From IMG/VR virus record IMGVR_UViG_3300016476_001289: a stretch of DNA of 64,000 nucleotides; one strand, written 5' to 3'. This DNA is from a virus. Below are positions 1 through 9,384 of the stretch, in pieces. The translations under genes and the position numbers were made by a program. Below the pieces are notes generated by a model that worked only from the letters and a program-made list of their open reading frames with translations, made no database searches and was not told the origin of the DNA. How positions within the stretch are numbered: the stretch's first letter is position 1; every line of letters starts with the position of its first letter.

Positions 1-1
1 A

Positions 2-841
2 CTTAAAGGTGATATTCTAGATAAAATTAAACAAAAATCGAATGAATTAAAATCTTCTTTTAATGAAGGATTTGTAGAAACTTCAAAAGAAGAAAAAGAA
101 CAAAGAAAAGAAATTATTTCTAAAGTTAATCTAATAACTAGAAACTTTGAACTTTCTAGTCAAATGAAAGAATTACCTAAAGAAATAAAAGGCGTAGCAA
201 AATTAATTAATGATAGAGAAAGTTTAACTCGCAATCTTGCAGGTTTAGCTACTTATCTTGTAACTAAACCTGTTTTCATGGTTACCGTTGGAAAAGCATT
301 AGGTGGTTTAACTTTAGCAGGGGGTCTTGCCCCTATCGCACTATCTGCAGCAACTGCAGTTCTAGCAAAACAAGCACTAGATAAAAGAAACAAAAAGAAG
401 ATAGAAGAAAAAGAAAACATCTCAGATATTTCTATGGATATCCTCTTAGGCAAATACACACCTAATAAAATCAATAAAGAATACGCTAAAAAAGTTTCTA
501 ATATTGAAAATTCTACCTCTAAAGGTAATTTACACCCTGAAAAAGCTCTTGAAGAAATTGAAAAAATTGAAAGAGAGTATAAAGAAAAAGTAAAACCTAG
601 TATCGAAAAAGCCCTCACTTCTGCAGGATTCAAAAAAAGCGAGGACGGTAAGTATGAAATGGGACAAATAAACAAATACTTCAAAACATCAGCTACTAAA
701 GATGACGAAGAAGATTCCCAACTCGTTAATATCCGTATGCTAAAAAACCAACTTAAAAACCAAATTGAAGCAGAAAAGATATTCCAATCAGAAGAATTCG
801 TAGAACAATTAATCCTTGAAGCTAAAAAAGCTAAGAAATAA
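2..841 (+). CDS. 5'-truncated hypothetical protein (charged, with hydrophobic Gly/Ala segment; possible virion internal protein)
   Basis: Frame is open from base 2 (LKGDILDKIKQ...) into the track ORF at 164. Contains hydrophobic stretch GKALGGLTLAGGLAPIALSAATAVLA and ends QLILEAKKAKK. Confidence 0.75.
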   Translation, partial: LKGDILDKIKQKSNELKSSFNEGFVETSKEEKEQRKEIISKVNLITRNFELSSQMKELPKEIKGVAKLINDRESLTRNLAGLATYLVTKPVFMVTVGKALGGLTLAGGLAPIALSAATAVLAKQALDKRNKKKIEEKENISDISMDILLGKYTPNKINKEYAKKVSNIENSTSKGNLHPEKALEEIEKIEREYKEKVKPSIEKALTSAGFKKSEDGKYEMGQINKYFKTSATKDDEEDSQLVNIRMLKNQLKNQIEAEKIFQSEEFVEQLILEAKKAKK

Positions 842-1262
842 CTCTCACCACCATATAGCCCTTCCTCCAAGCATCTATCACCCTCTTTTCTAATTCCCCT
901 AAATCACCACCCACCACAAAACAATCAGGACACCCCCTTAATTTAAAATCACACTTACTTTCATCATACGATAAACAATCTTTACTATCACTACATACAC
1001 TATCCTTCTTTATCTTCTTTAAACACCCTTTAGGTTCTCTCACCCCCAATTTCATCACCGCACTAGCATCTCCCCTCATCGCCCTATCGACATCAGATTC
1101 CTTAACCACTCCTATTAAATCACCTATCTCCGTCCCTTCTAATGTTTTATAATCACCCCAACTATCATGCTCATCTCTTTGTAATATCCTCGCTATCTTA
1201 GGATTCCCATAAGACTTGTCTGTTATATGTATAAATATAAACCCATTTTCTCGATACATCAT
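831..1262 (-). CDS. hypothetical protein
   Basis: 143-aa ORF, ATGA-type overlap with the upstream gene, part of the minus-strand operon. Confidence 0.7.
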   Translation of the reverse strand: MMYRENGFIFIHITDKSYGNPKIARILQRDEHDSWGDYKTLEGTEIGDLIGVVKESDVDRAMRGDASAVMKLGVREPKGCLKKIKKDSVCSDSKDCLSYDESKCDFKLRGCPDCFVVGGDLGELEKRVIDAWRKGYMVVRVIS

Positions 1263-1618
1263 GAGTATTTCTTCTTTCTTTCTTCTACACTCTCAGCTAA
1301 CTTCTCCACCACAGACTCATCTATACTCTCTAATAAATTATCTAAGACTTCTTTATTCGTTGTCATTACATAACTCAATATAGGTTTATCCCCTCCTTCA
1401 TCATTCCCTAAGATCACTACTTTATGATAAGGTAAGATATATGGTATGTTTAAAATCTCACCTATTTTTAACCATAAATTAAAAGATTGTGTCTCATTTG
1501 TTAATTCAGAATCACCTGAATAATAAGCAGAACATAATTGAGTCAATATCCATTGAAATATATCTTCCCCTACAACATCTTCTCTTACTGGTGGATTATT
1601 ATCTTCATCGTCTATCAT
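1259..1618 (-). CDS. hypothetical protein
   Basis: 119-aa ORF with 4-nt overlaps to both neighbours. Confidence 0.7.
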   Translation of the reverse strand: MIDDEDNNPPVREDVVGEDIFQWILTQLCSAYYSGDSELTNETQSFNLWLKIGEILNIPYILPYHKVVILGNDEGGDKPILSYVMTTNKEVLDNLLESIDESVVEKLAESVEERKKKYS

Positions 1619-2133
1619 TTCAAACCTTCTATCTTATTAAATAAATTTTTCCACTTGTCCTTATCTTCCTTATTATTTACCATTATTATATCAAACGCTT
1701 CCCAAAATTTTAATAACACTTCCAATTTCACTGTTCTTTCCTTTGTCATTAAACTCAACCTATTCTTTACCCTCTTCTCCCAATCTATCTCTTCTTCTAT
1801 CTCATAAGGCTTATCTTCACTCACCTCATCTTTATATTCTCTCCACGCAGGTAAATCATACTTCTTCTCTAAATACCTACAAGCATCGTTATACTCCAAC
1901 CCCCCTTTTTCCATTGTCGTTGAGATTACATCTCTCACCTTACCACAAGCAAAACAATACCATGTCTGTGTACTATGATAATATCTCGCACTAGGCTTGT
2001 TATCCCTACCACTACCATGTAAATCACACTTAAATTGCTGATCCGAACCATTTAGGTATATATCATACCCATAGTCTTTTAATACCCTATCTAATGGTAC
2101 TGCCTTCTTTATCCTATCTGATCTTATACTCAT
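1615..2133 (-). CDS. stand-alone CHC2 zinc-finger (DnaG primase zinc-binding domain) protein
   Basis: FKCDLHGSGRDNKPSARYYHSTQTWYCFACGKVRDVI matches the C-x2-H...C-x2-C CHC2 pattern, followed by the typical 'A.RYL' helix. No Toprim domain in this ORF. Confidence 0.85.
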   Translation of the reverse strand: MSIRSDRIKKAVPLDRVLKDYGYDIYLNGSDQQFKCDLHGSGRDNKPSARYYHSTQTWYCFACGKVRDVISTTMEKGGLEYNDACRYLEKKYDLPAWREYKDEVSEDKPYEIEEEIDWEKRVKNRLSLMTKERTVKLEVLLKFWEAFDIIMVNNKEDKDKWKNLFNKIEGLK

Positions 2134-2151
2134 TTATAACACTTCCTTATA

Positions 2152-2163
2152 ATACAAACATAC
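2152..2163 (-). promoter_or_regulatory. 12-bp motif GTRTGTTTGTAT, copy 1
   Basis: GTATGTTTGTAT followed by TATAAG, upstream of the primase zinc-finger gene. Near-identical copies at 6844 and 28494. Confidence 0.45.
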
Positions 2164-2168
2164 CTATA

Positions 2169-2429
2169 TTATAGTTTTAAGCTTAAAGGAATATACCTTA
2201 ATCCTTCTTTTTTAAACCATTCTCTGTCATGTAAATAATGACTTAAATGTTTATGGATTTCTTTTTCTCTATATCCTTCACCTTTTAAGACTAATAATAT
2301 AGATAGTCTATAAGGACATCCAGATTGTAAATTAGCTAATCTTAATTTAGGATTATTAGTCCTACCTATCTTTATTAAATTTGTACCTTCACACTCTATT
2401 ATATAAAGGTCTCTTCCTTGTTTATTCAT
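2169..2429 (-). CDS. T5orf172/MUG113 GIY-YIG-like nuclease domain protein
   Basis: LYII...IKIGRTNNPKLRLANLQSGCPYRL...EKEIH...REWF is the characteristic T5orf172 pattern. Confidence 0.85.
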   Translation of the reverse strand: MNKQGRDLYIIECEGTNLIKIGRTNNPKLRLANLQSGCPYRLSILLVLKGEGYREKEIHKHLSHYLHDREWFKKEGLRYIPLSLKL

Positions 2430-2432
2430 TTT

Positions 2433-3956
2433 CTATAACACATCACTTAAGGGGTCGTCTGCTAGTTGATTACCAGTACTCTTATTAATACTCATTATAG
2501 GTAAACTACTAGGACTATAAATCTTCCCTGTCGGAAATGCTATATTTGATTGAAAGGTGGGGAATGGTGCTTGATCTCTACTCTTTAAACACTGATATTG
2601 TATACAATTCTGTGATCTCATATCATCACCAAACCAATTCGCTATTACAACATCTGCACTTCTCTCTGCTTCATTTGCATAAGACAAGTGTGTTAGGTGA
2701 TACTCACCCTTATTCTTTAAGGCATGAGTATAACCTTCACGACTAATTTGAAATAAACACAAGACAGGTATCCCTTGACCACGATTGAAATTCATAGCCA
2801 TTCTCTTCAAATCTCTAATTACTTCATTTAACTTCTCTGTGGTTGAACTATACTTATTACGACTCGCTAATAATAAAGCATGGTCTACTACTATTAAGTC
2901 TATCTTTTCTTTCTGTGCATAAATCTCAGCTTTAGCTTTCAAGTCTTCTACGGTGAAGTCAAAACTATCTGGATTATCACCTTCAAAATGTATAGACCCA
3001 TAAGTCCCTTTATTCTTACCATTCTCTAAATCAGGCAACACATGGTCAAAATAAAAGGTGTATTCTTCAGGTGTTAAACACCCATTTCTCAACTTAACAG
3101 GGTCTATACCAAAATCAACAGGACTTGTAGGGTCTTGTAAGCCTAATGCTATTCTCTGTGGTCTAAATTTAGGGTGCATTGAATGAATTGTATGAATTGC
3201 TCTACGGCATTGGTCATAGTGCATTTCTAAACTGAAATATAAAGTATTTGTATTCACCACACTCATTACAGCTTGGTTATATACAAAATTCAAAGCACTC
3301 TTGGATTTCATATGACCTGTAAACCCTGCTAGTAAATACAATTCTTTCTTTCTAAACCCACCTAAAGCATCATCAATAGGTTTAAGTCCACTAATAGGAA
3401 GAATCTCTTTACCTGATGCTTGTGCTTTTTGATATTGATCTTTCAAATCTGAAATATCAGACATCGCTTCACCACCTATACGAGAACCAAATGTAGGTGT
3501 TAAAATATCTACAAGACTATTAGATAAGAAACGACTAGCATCACGAGGTCCTTTTAAGACTCTCTTTTTACCTTTCTCTTTAATCTCAATACCTGAACGA
3601 ACGATGTCTTTAGCTTCATTCATTACTTGAAGTAATCGCCTTACTCTTACTGCTTCTACTTGTAATTCAAGTTCAGATACAAAATCACCCTTATATACAG
3701 GTTTAACTGCTGTTAATACTCTTACTCTATCTGCTACTTCTAACTCTGTCTTAGCTTCAAAGTTCTTTACTAGAGTATCTTGATCAGGTAAATGCCCATG
3801 ATTTGCCATAAAGGTCTTTACATAATCCCAAATCTCATTATCTTCTTTTGTATCAAAGACATATATACTATCTCTCAATACACTATAATTCACCTGCATT
3901 TGTAAGGGGTCATCACCCACTCTAATATCAGGTATAACACTTCTTAGGATTTTCAT
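2433..3956 (-). CDS. dnaB: DnaB-like replicative helicase (SF4)
   Basis: SF4 motifs: SGLKPIDDALGGF, P-loop AGFTGHMKS, YFSLEM, Walker B LIVVDH, LFQISR, EAERSAD, CLKSR. Confidence 0.85.
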   Translation of the reverse strand: MKILRSVIPDIRVGDDPLQMQVNYSVLRDSIYVFDTKEDNEIWDYVKTFMANHGHLPDQDTLVKNFEAKTELEVADRVRVLTAVKPVYKGDFVSELELQVEAVRVRRLLQVMNEAKDIVRSGIEIKEKGKKRVLKGPRDASRFLSNSLVDILTPTFGSRIGGEAMSDISDLKDQYQKAQASGKEILPISGLKPIDDALGGFRKKELYLLAGFTGHMKSKSALNFVYNQAVMSVVNTNTLYFSLEMHYDQCRRAIHTIHSMHPKFRPQRIALGLQDPTSPVDFGIDPVKLRNGCLTPEEYTFYFDHVLPDLENGKNKGTYGSIHFEGDNPDSFDFTVEDLKAKAEIYAQKEKIDLIVVDHALLLASRNKYSSTTEKLNEVIRDLKRMAMNFNRGQGIPVLCLFQISREGYTHALKNKGEYHLTHLSYANEAERSADVVIANWFGDDMRSQNCIQYQCLKSRDQAPFPTFQSNIAFPTGKIYSPSSLPIMSINKSTGNQLADDPLSDVL

Positions 3957-4651
3957 AATTGAACTTTCTTAAAGTCTTGTGATAGGTTTAAATTAGGTTT
4001 CTTTGGTGTTGATGTAGGAAAAGAATCTAACCCTGTTACATTATAGATTCTCCAACCCTCTAGCATATCTTCTAATGCTGAAGACCATGCTAAATGTCCT
4101 TCTTTCAAAGGTTTATTAGGTTCTTCTATAATCCATGTCGCTTTATTCAAATGTTGTCTTAATTCTATTGTCTCAATTAACACTTCACTTGTAGCTGAAT
4201 TTCTAGCTCTCTTTACACCTAATCTCACTATAAGCAAATCAGGTGATTCTGCTAAATCTTCTAACCCACGAACATTTATATCTCTTACGAGATCAGGGTC
4301 TACCTTATTATCTTCACTTACATTAGATAACCATGCACTTACTAATGTAGCATCCGACACTACCCTAATAGAAAGACTAGGGTTTCTTTCACTTAGGATA
4401 GCTGTTCTAAGGTGAGTAGCTAGGTTAGATTGACTTGCTACCATTCTAAGACTTTCTTTCAATTTACCAATCATCGGACTTTTACGATCTACTGGCACTT
4501 GGGATAAGTCTTTCCATGCTCTTTCACATTGTAGCTTTAATGCTTCTTTAAGCATACAGATACAAGGTTGAGTTAAAGGTGTTCCCATATAGGTTTCTTC
4601 AGTTATAACAAAGCCATAACCTTTACATTTAGGGCAATTCTTATCGGGCAT
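3953..4651 (-). CDS. DnaC/IstB-like helicase loader, apparently ATPase-degenerate
   Basis: N-terminal CPKCKGYG...PCIC zinc finger; PDLLIVRLG and EVLIETIELRQHLNKATWII resemble the DnaC Walker B region and downstream helix; no GxxGxGK. Lies directly upstream of the helicase. Confidence 0.6.
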   Translation of the reverse strand: MPDKNCPKCKGYGFVITEETYMGTPLTQPCICMLKEALKLQCERAWKDLSQVPVDRKSPMIGKLKESLRMVASQSNLATHLRTAILSERNPSLSIRVVSDATLVSAWLSNVSEDNKVDPDLVRDINVRGLEDLAESPDLLIVRLGVKRARNSATSEVLIETIELRQHLNKATWIIEEPNKPLKEGHLAWSSALEDMLEGWRIYNVTGLDSFPTSTPKKPNLNLSQDFKKVQL

Positions 4652-6818
4652 TTTCTTTAGCGTCCTCTACTAAGTCATTGAAAATATCTTTCAATTCGTT
4701 CTCTGATACACCTATTATCTTATCGGATTCTTCATCGTTTTTGAGTCTTTTTCCCAAAACATTTTCAATTAAATCCATTTTATTATGTAAAGCTTTCATA
4801 ACTCTGTCATCTACTGTCTTAGGACAGACTAGGTGATAACAATATACACGATCATGAATACTACCAATACGGATCATACGACCGATAATCTGTAGATAAT
4901 CACCTGCTGACCAGGGACTATCATAGAAAATAGTAGCTTTAGCAAGTTGGAGATTAACACCTTCTGCCGCCGCCATTGTAATCAACACCACTCTAACATC
5001 TGATTTTTCATCTTGAAACGACTCTTGAGATTTCTTTCTCTCATCGTCTTTCTCTCCACCTGTAATTCTTACACACTTAATCCCCTTAGCTGAAAGTTCT
5101 CTATCGAGAATATCAATCATCTTTCTAAACCTTGAGAAGATAATGACTTTCTCACCATCGAGTTCTTCTTCTAGTAATTCCATTAGAATTTCTAATTTAC
5201 CACTATCGCCCTTAACATCTACAAGTTCAGGGTGGTTTACAATTTGTTGACAATACATAACAGCTGTAAGTTTAGTTACTTCTTTTTCTGTCATTTCACC
5301 TGTAGTAGGATCATACTTCTCTAAAATACCACTAAGTGCTTCTTTATACTTAGAGATTTGAACATCCGATAAGGGAGCTTCAATTCTCTTAGTGGTTAAA
5401 GGTGGTAATTCATGAGCTACTTCATGTTTAGGTCTACCGATAAAGAAAGGGTCGATTTTAATTCTAAAGGCTTCAATATCTGATTTTCTATGACCTACAA
5501 CGAATTTAATTCTCTTTCTACCTATTTGTTTATCTACACAAATACAATAGTTAGACATAAAGACATTTTTACTAGGCATAAGACCTGGTACCGTTACTCT
5601 ATAAATAGCCCATGCTTCCATAAGTCTATTTTTAATAATAGTAGCAGAGAGAGACCATACTTTTTGAGCAGCACCACTAAGGTGAGCACAAACTTGGTGG
5701 ACTTGTGTAGTTTCATTCTTAAAGGCAGTAGCTTCATCGAAGACTTGGACATGACCTTTTAAGTTTTGTAGAATATCGAAGTCCATACAAGCAGTTCTAT
5801 AACCCATGATAAGAGCTTTAAGACCTGTATAGGCGAAGAAATCGTCATAGACTTTTTGTCTTTTAGCTTTAGTGCCACTGATAACAAAGCATTTAACACC
5901 TGTGGTGAATTTATCAAATTCACTTGCCCATTGGTTAAGTGCAGATTTAGTAGTCATAATGACAACAGGTGTTTCTGGGTATTTATCCCATAGGTAGCTT
6001 AGGGCAGAAATTGTCTGCAAAGTGTTATGGCTAGTGATACCATTACCTACAAAGGAATGCTCAGGGTGGTCTACTTCAATATCAAAAACTTCTTTTTCAG
6101 AGGATTCTATTTTAACAATAGGGTCATAAAAATAATGATTAGTATCTGTTTCTTGTATACTAAAGACATTTAAACCATCTCTAAAAGAGACTAAACCATG
6201 AGAAAGTAAAATGATTTGTTGTGTCTTAGCTTCTTTTTCTGTTTGTATAGAAGTATAGGGTGTTTCTTTAAAGAAAGGGTTAGGACACTTATCAATACAA
6301 ATGAAATCGCCTTCTTTAACTTCAGATAATTTCACCCATTGTTCAGTGCCGTCTTTTTGACGGACTAAGACGGGGTGAACTTGTGACCCTTCAATTTCAT
6401 AGCCATATCTTGTTTGAATTTTAATAGTAGGTTTTACACCACCATAATAAAAACTCTTTATAGGTCTTTTTTCTCCTCTTACAATCACATCTAAGGGTTC
6501 TTGTAAAGGAGCAAAGGTGTCTGCTTCTGTGATATTAGGGTTGAGACTTGAAATTTCAAGTAAACCCTTACTTGTCTTAATAAGAGTATCGCCTGTCACA
6601 CACTTGCCAAGCCCCGTATCATCGCCAAGAACGAATCTAGGCATAGCTAGAAGGTGCATGATACCTTGAACTTGATAATTTCTGAGAGTTAAAGGTTTAC
6701 CATTGGGCATAGTAGTTCTTAGGATATTACTAGCAGGTGCTTTTAATTCTTCTCTTGTTCTAATTTCTCTTAACTTAGCTATCGTCTGTTGTAGCTTTGG
6801 GTCATCTAAATAACTCAT
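4641..6818 (-). CDS. SNF2-family (SF2) helicase/translocase with an intein
   Basis: LRNYQ, GDDTGLGK|T, VFDEA, SLSATIIKN, IIFSRF, AAAEGVNL, QIIGRMIRIG motifs. Confidence 0.92.
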   Translation of the reverse strand: MSYLDDPKLQQTIAKLREIRTREELKAPASNILRTTMPNGKPLTLRNYQVQGIMHLLAMPRFVLGDDTGLGKCVTGDTLIKTSKGLLEISSLNPNITEADTFAPLQEPLDVIVRGEKRPIKSFYYGGVKPTIKIQTRYGYEIEGSQVHPVLVRQKDGTEQWVKLSEVKEGDFICIDKCPNPFFKETPYTSIQTEKEAKTQQIILLSHGLVSFRDGLNVFSIQETDTNHYFYDPIVKIESSEKEVFDIEVDHPEHSFVGNGITSHNTLQTISALSYLWDKYPETPVVIMTTKSALNQWASEFDKFTTGVKCFVISGTKAKRQKVYDDFFAYTGLKALIMGYRTACMDFDILQNLKGHVQVFDEATAFKNETTQVHQVCAHLSGAAQKVWSLSATIIKNRLMEAWAIYRVTVPGLMPSKNVFMSNYCICVDKQIGRKRIKFVVGHRKSDIEAFRIKIDPFFIGRPKHEVAHELPPLTTKRIEAPLSDVQISKYKEALSGILEKYDPTTGEMTEKEVTKLTAVMYCQQIVNHPELVDVKGDSGKLEILMELLEEELDGEKVIIFSRFRKMIDILDRELSAKGIKCVRITGGEKDDERKKSQESFQDEKSDVRVVLITMAAAEGVNLQLAKATIFYDSPWSAGDYLQIIGRMIRIGSIHDRVYCYHLVCPKTVDDRVMKALHNKMDLIENVLGKRLKNDEESDKIIGVSENELKDIFNDLVEDAKENAR
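6024..6602 (-). mobile_element. mini-intein (193 aa) in Walker A of the SNF2 helicase
   Basis: Starts CVTGDT, has block B GSQVHPVL, block F VFDIEV, ends SHN followed by Thr. Removal restores GLGK-TLQ. No LAGLIDADG motifs. Confidence 0.93.
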
Positions 6819-6843
6819 ACCTATCCTTAGTGATTTATAAATG

Positions 6844-6855
6844 ATACAAACACAC
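6844..6855 (-). promoter_or_regulatory. 12-bp motif GTRTGTTTGTAT, copy 2
   Basis: GTGTGTTTGTAT-CATT-TATAAAT upstream of the SNF2 gene. Confidence 0.45.
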
Positions 6856-6876
6856 TCACAATGAAAGTGTTTATAA

Positions 6877-7332
6877 TTATATTATATGATTTAGTTCAAA
6901 AATAGCATCTAAAATATTAGCATAATTTACAGCACAAGGTAAATTAGAGTGTCGTATGCTGTCCATAACCTTTTGATATTCTAAAACATTATGCTCTACC
7001 ATAGAGAATACTTTTTGGTAGATGACCTTAGACCAAGCGGTATTAAGCCATTTAATAAATTCTGTAATCCCTTTAGTAGCGACATATTCTTCAAAGTCAG
7101 TGATGTCATCTAATCTTTTAGGCATTTTATCAGCATAGTGTAAAGATATAATAGAAACATTCCTATAAAGAGAAATTTTATCTCTATAGGCAAAAGGGTA
7201 TTCTTTTATATACAATTTACGAATAGCGTGTTGTGTGGTTCTAGGTGAATTGAGTTCAAGAAAGCTATCTTCTAATTTATGAAAAGCCATCTTCACAGAT
7301 ATATCAAGAACTCTATGAATGTCATTCATCAT
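6877..7332 (-). CDS. hypothetical protein
   Basis: 151-aa ORF with 4-nt overlap to the upstream gene. Confidence 0.7.
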   Translation of the reverse strand: MMNDIHRVLDISVKMAFHKLEDSFLELNSPRTTQHAIRKLYIKEYPFAYRDKISLYRNVSIISLHYADKMPKRLDDITDFEEYVATKGITEFIKWLNTAWSKVIYQKVFSMVEHNVLEYQKVMDSIRHSNLPCAVNYANILDAIFELNHII

Positions 7333-7832
7333 TTTTCAAGTAGCCTTTTTAGGTTTTTGATTTCTTTTTCGTATTGTTTTTTAACAGAGACGATAATTTC
7401 TTTAACTTGTTCATTATCTGTGCTATTAAAAGCATCATCAAATTTACCTTTATTAAGATAAGCTAAGACAATAGAGTTATTCATAGGGTCATAGAAATGA
7501 ATTTGGTTTTTAATATCTAGGGTGATAAGTTTACAGACAAGTTCATTTTTAGCTAGTCTTAGTTTATTACCATTAGTATTTAATTCTATAGCAGTGGTAA
7601 CAAATTTAATAGTATTTGGGTTTTTAGCTAAGTGTAAAGCTTTTTTAAAATCTTTTTTCATTAAGGCATCTACAATGGCTTCACCTTGTATAAGATCAGA
7701 TTTTTCTATATCTTGGTAAATATCTAAGAGAAAAGATATATTATCGGAAGATTCTAGAGAGGTGTCAGCATTTCTGGTTGGTAGGGTGCTAGTGGAATAA
7801 CCACCCCAAGATTTTTCATTTTTAGTAAGCAT
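7329..7832 (-). CDS. hypothetical protein
   Basis: 167-aa ORF with AGGAG SD upstream. Confidence 0.75.
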   Translation of the reverse strand: MLTKNEKSWGGYSTSTLPTRNADTSLESSDNISFLLDIYQDIEKSDLIQGEAIVDALMKKDFKKALHLAKNPNTIKFVTTAIELNTNGNKLRLAKNELVCKLITLDIKNQIHFYDPMNNSIVLAYLNKGKFDDAFNSTDNEQVKEIIVSVKKQYEKEIKNLKRLLEK

Positions 7833-7866
7833 AATAAGAACTCCTATATACTATATATAGTTTTGA

Positions 7867-7894
7867 TAAAATATCTATAAATTATTAGTGTATA
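7867..7894 (+). promoter_or_regulatory. putative late promoter TAAA-ATAT-CTAT...TATA
   Basis: Instance of the TAAW-N4-YTAT motif recurring upstream of structural genes. Confidence 0.4.
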
Positions 7895-7931
7895 AGAGTA
7901 TATGTGAATTTCTTTTATAGGAGTAGAAAAA

Positions 7932-8708
7932 ATGGCGAATTTAGATCAAAACCCACAAGCCAATAATCCCATGAATGCACAAGGGTCATCTGAGATATAC
8001 AAGTTTGGTATGTCTCCAGATTCTCGTGCGGTATTAAGTCAAAAAGTAAGATTGTTAACACCTACTTATGGTGGCATATCGGGACAAAGATACCAATTAG
8101 GTGTAGTTAGTGAATTTTCACCTTCAGCTGGTGAAAGAGGCACTGAAATTGTGAGAGGTATTGGTTTTGGTGATATTATTGCAGATCGTGTACCTGGTGT
8201 AACAGGTGAATGGTCAGCTTCTATTGGTAGAACATTAATGTATGTAAGTAATCTATTTCAATCATTAGGTTTTGCAGGTGGTGTAGATGGTCCTGTTCGT
8301 TCAGTAATGCACACTCGTTGGCCCTTTGATATGGAAGAACAAATGGTATTTACTTTTATTGCTGATGATTTAGCAAGTGATTCAACAGCATCAGGTTTAG
8401 TAGAAATAGATTTTCAATCTCAAAATGTTTCTACTGTAGAAAAGAAAGATGATGTAGGTAATGCCTATTCCCAAAAGCATAAAGCATTAATTACTTTTTA
8501 TGAAGGTTGTTGGTTACATAATATAGAAGTACCTTCAAGATCAGCAGACGGGGGTATATTAAGTGAAAGTGCTTCTATTGGTATTACCGATGTCCATGAC
8601 TTATTCACCACTTATGGAGAATTCCTTGCTACAGGTGGTCGTGGTAATAGTGTAAGAACTAGATCTGCAGCCGCAGGAGCTAGAGTTGCTACAGGTGTAA
8701 CCAATTAA
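7932..8708 (+). CDS. tail tube protein
   Basis: RGIGFG...RVPG...RTLMY..NLFQSLG...RWPFD pattern of myovirus tube proteins; lies upstream of chaperones and tape measure; GGAG SD. Confidence 0.7.
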   Translation: MANLDQNPQANNPMNAQGSSEIYKFGMSPDSRAVLSQKVRLLTPTYGGISGQRYQLGVVSEFSPSAGERGTEIVRGIGFGDIIADRVPGVTGEWSASIGRTLMYVSNLFQSLGFAGGVDGPVRSVMHTRWPFDMEEQMVFTFIADDLASDSTASGLVEIDFQSQNVSTVEKKDDVGNAYSQKHKALITFYEGCWLHNIEVPSRSADGGILSESASIGITDVHDLFTTYGEFLATGGRGNSVRTRSAAAGARVATGVTN

Positions 8709-8756
8709 GGTTAATAGATAAAACGGGTGACGACCCTTTAACAATAAACGGAGATT

Positions 8757-9380
8757 ATGTATATGTCTATATCATTAAATCAACTTAAATCAGCTATGAA
8801 TAAAATCACTAATGCTGGTTATCAAGAAAAAACAGTAACTCTAGGTGAAAATAGTATTACTATTAAAACTCTCACACCTAGAGAAGAATCTGAATTACAA
8901 AAAGTTATGTCTGAATTATCTAGATCGGAAGATGTCACCACGCTAGAATTTGTAGATGAAGTTAGAAAAGAAACTTTAAGTCGTGCTATTATTCAAATCA
9001 ATGATCTTGATCTAAGAAATATAGATAAAATAGAAACAGGTGAAGTTTTACCTAATGGGACACCTGTCTCTATTCCTAGACAAGAAGCTATTGCTATTAT
9101 GGTAGAAGAACTACCTAGAGTTCTTCTAGGTAAAGTCTTTGAAGAGATGAGTAAATTGACTGAAGAAGTTGAAGAAAAAACAAATAAACTTTTAAAACCT
9201 GATTCTATCAATCTAGATGTGGAAATTGATTCTCTTGAAAAAAGAATACAACAATTAAAATTACAAAAAGAGAGTCAAAAACTAGATGAGAATGTTGCTA
9301 AGAGTACAAATAATATACTCAAAGTAAAGGGAGACGATTCCCTATCAGATCAATTAAAGAAAGTTGAAGAGTCGGTATGA
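8757..9380 (+). CDS. tail assembly chaperone (putative)
   Basis: Position between tube and tape measure; IKTLTPREE...ETLSRAIIQIN pattern typical of such chaperones. Confidence 0.6.
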   Translation: MYMSISLNQLKSAMNKITNAGYQEKTVTLGENSITIKTLTPREESELQKVMSELSRSEDVTTLEFVDEVRKETLSRAIIQINDLDLRNIDKIETGEVLPNGTPVSIPRQEAIAIMVEELPRVLLGKVFEEMSKLTEEVEEKTNKLLKPDSINLDVEIDSLEKRIQQLKLQKESQKLDENVAKSTNNILKVKGDDSLSDQLKKVEESV

Positions 9381-9384
9381 TTTT

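Noticed and set aside
6200-6330. Active homing endonuclease within the intein
   Set aside because: The region between splicing blocks is only about 60 aa and lacks both LAGLIDADG motifs.
8722-8740. Rho-independent terminator after the tube gene (GGGT-GACG-ACCC-TTT)
   Set aside because: Only a 4-bp stem and three T residues; too weak to call.
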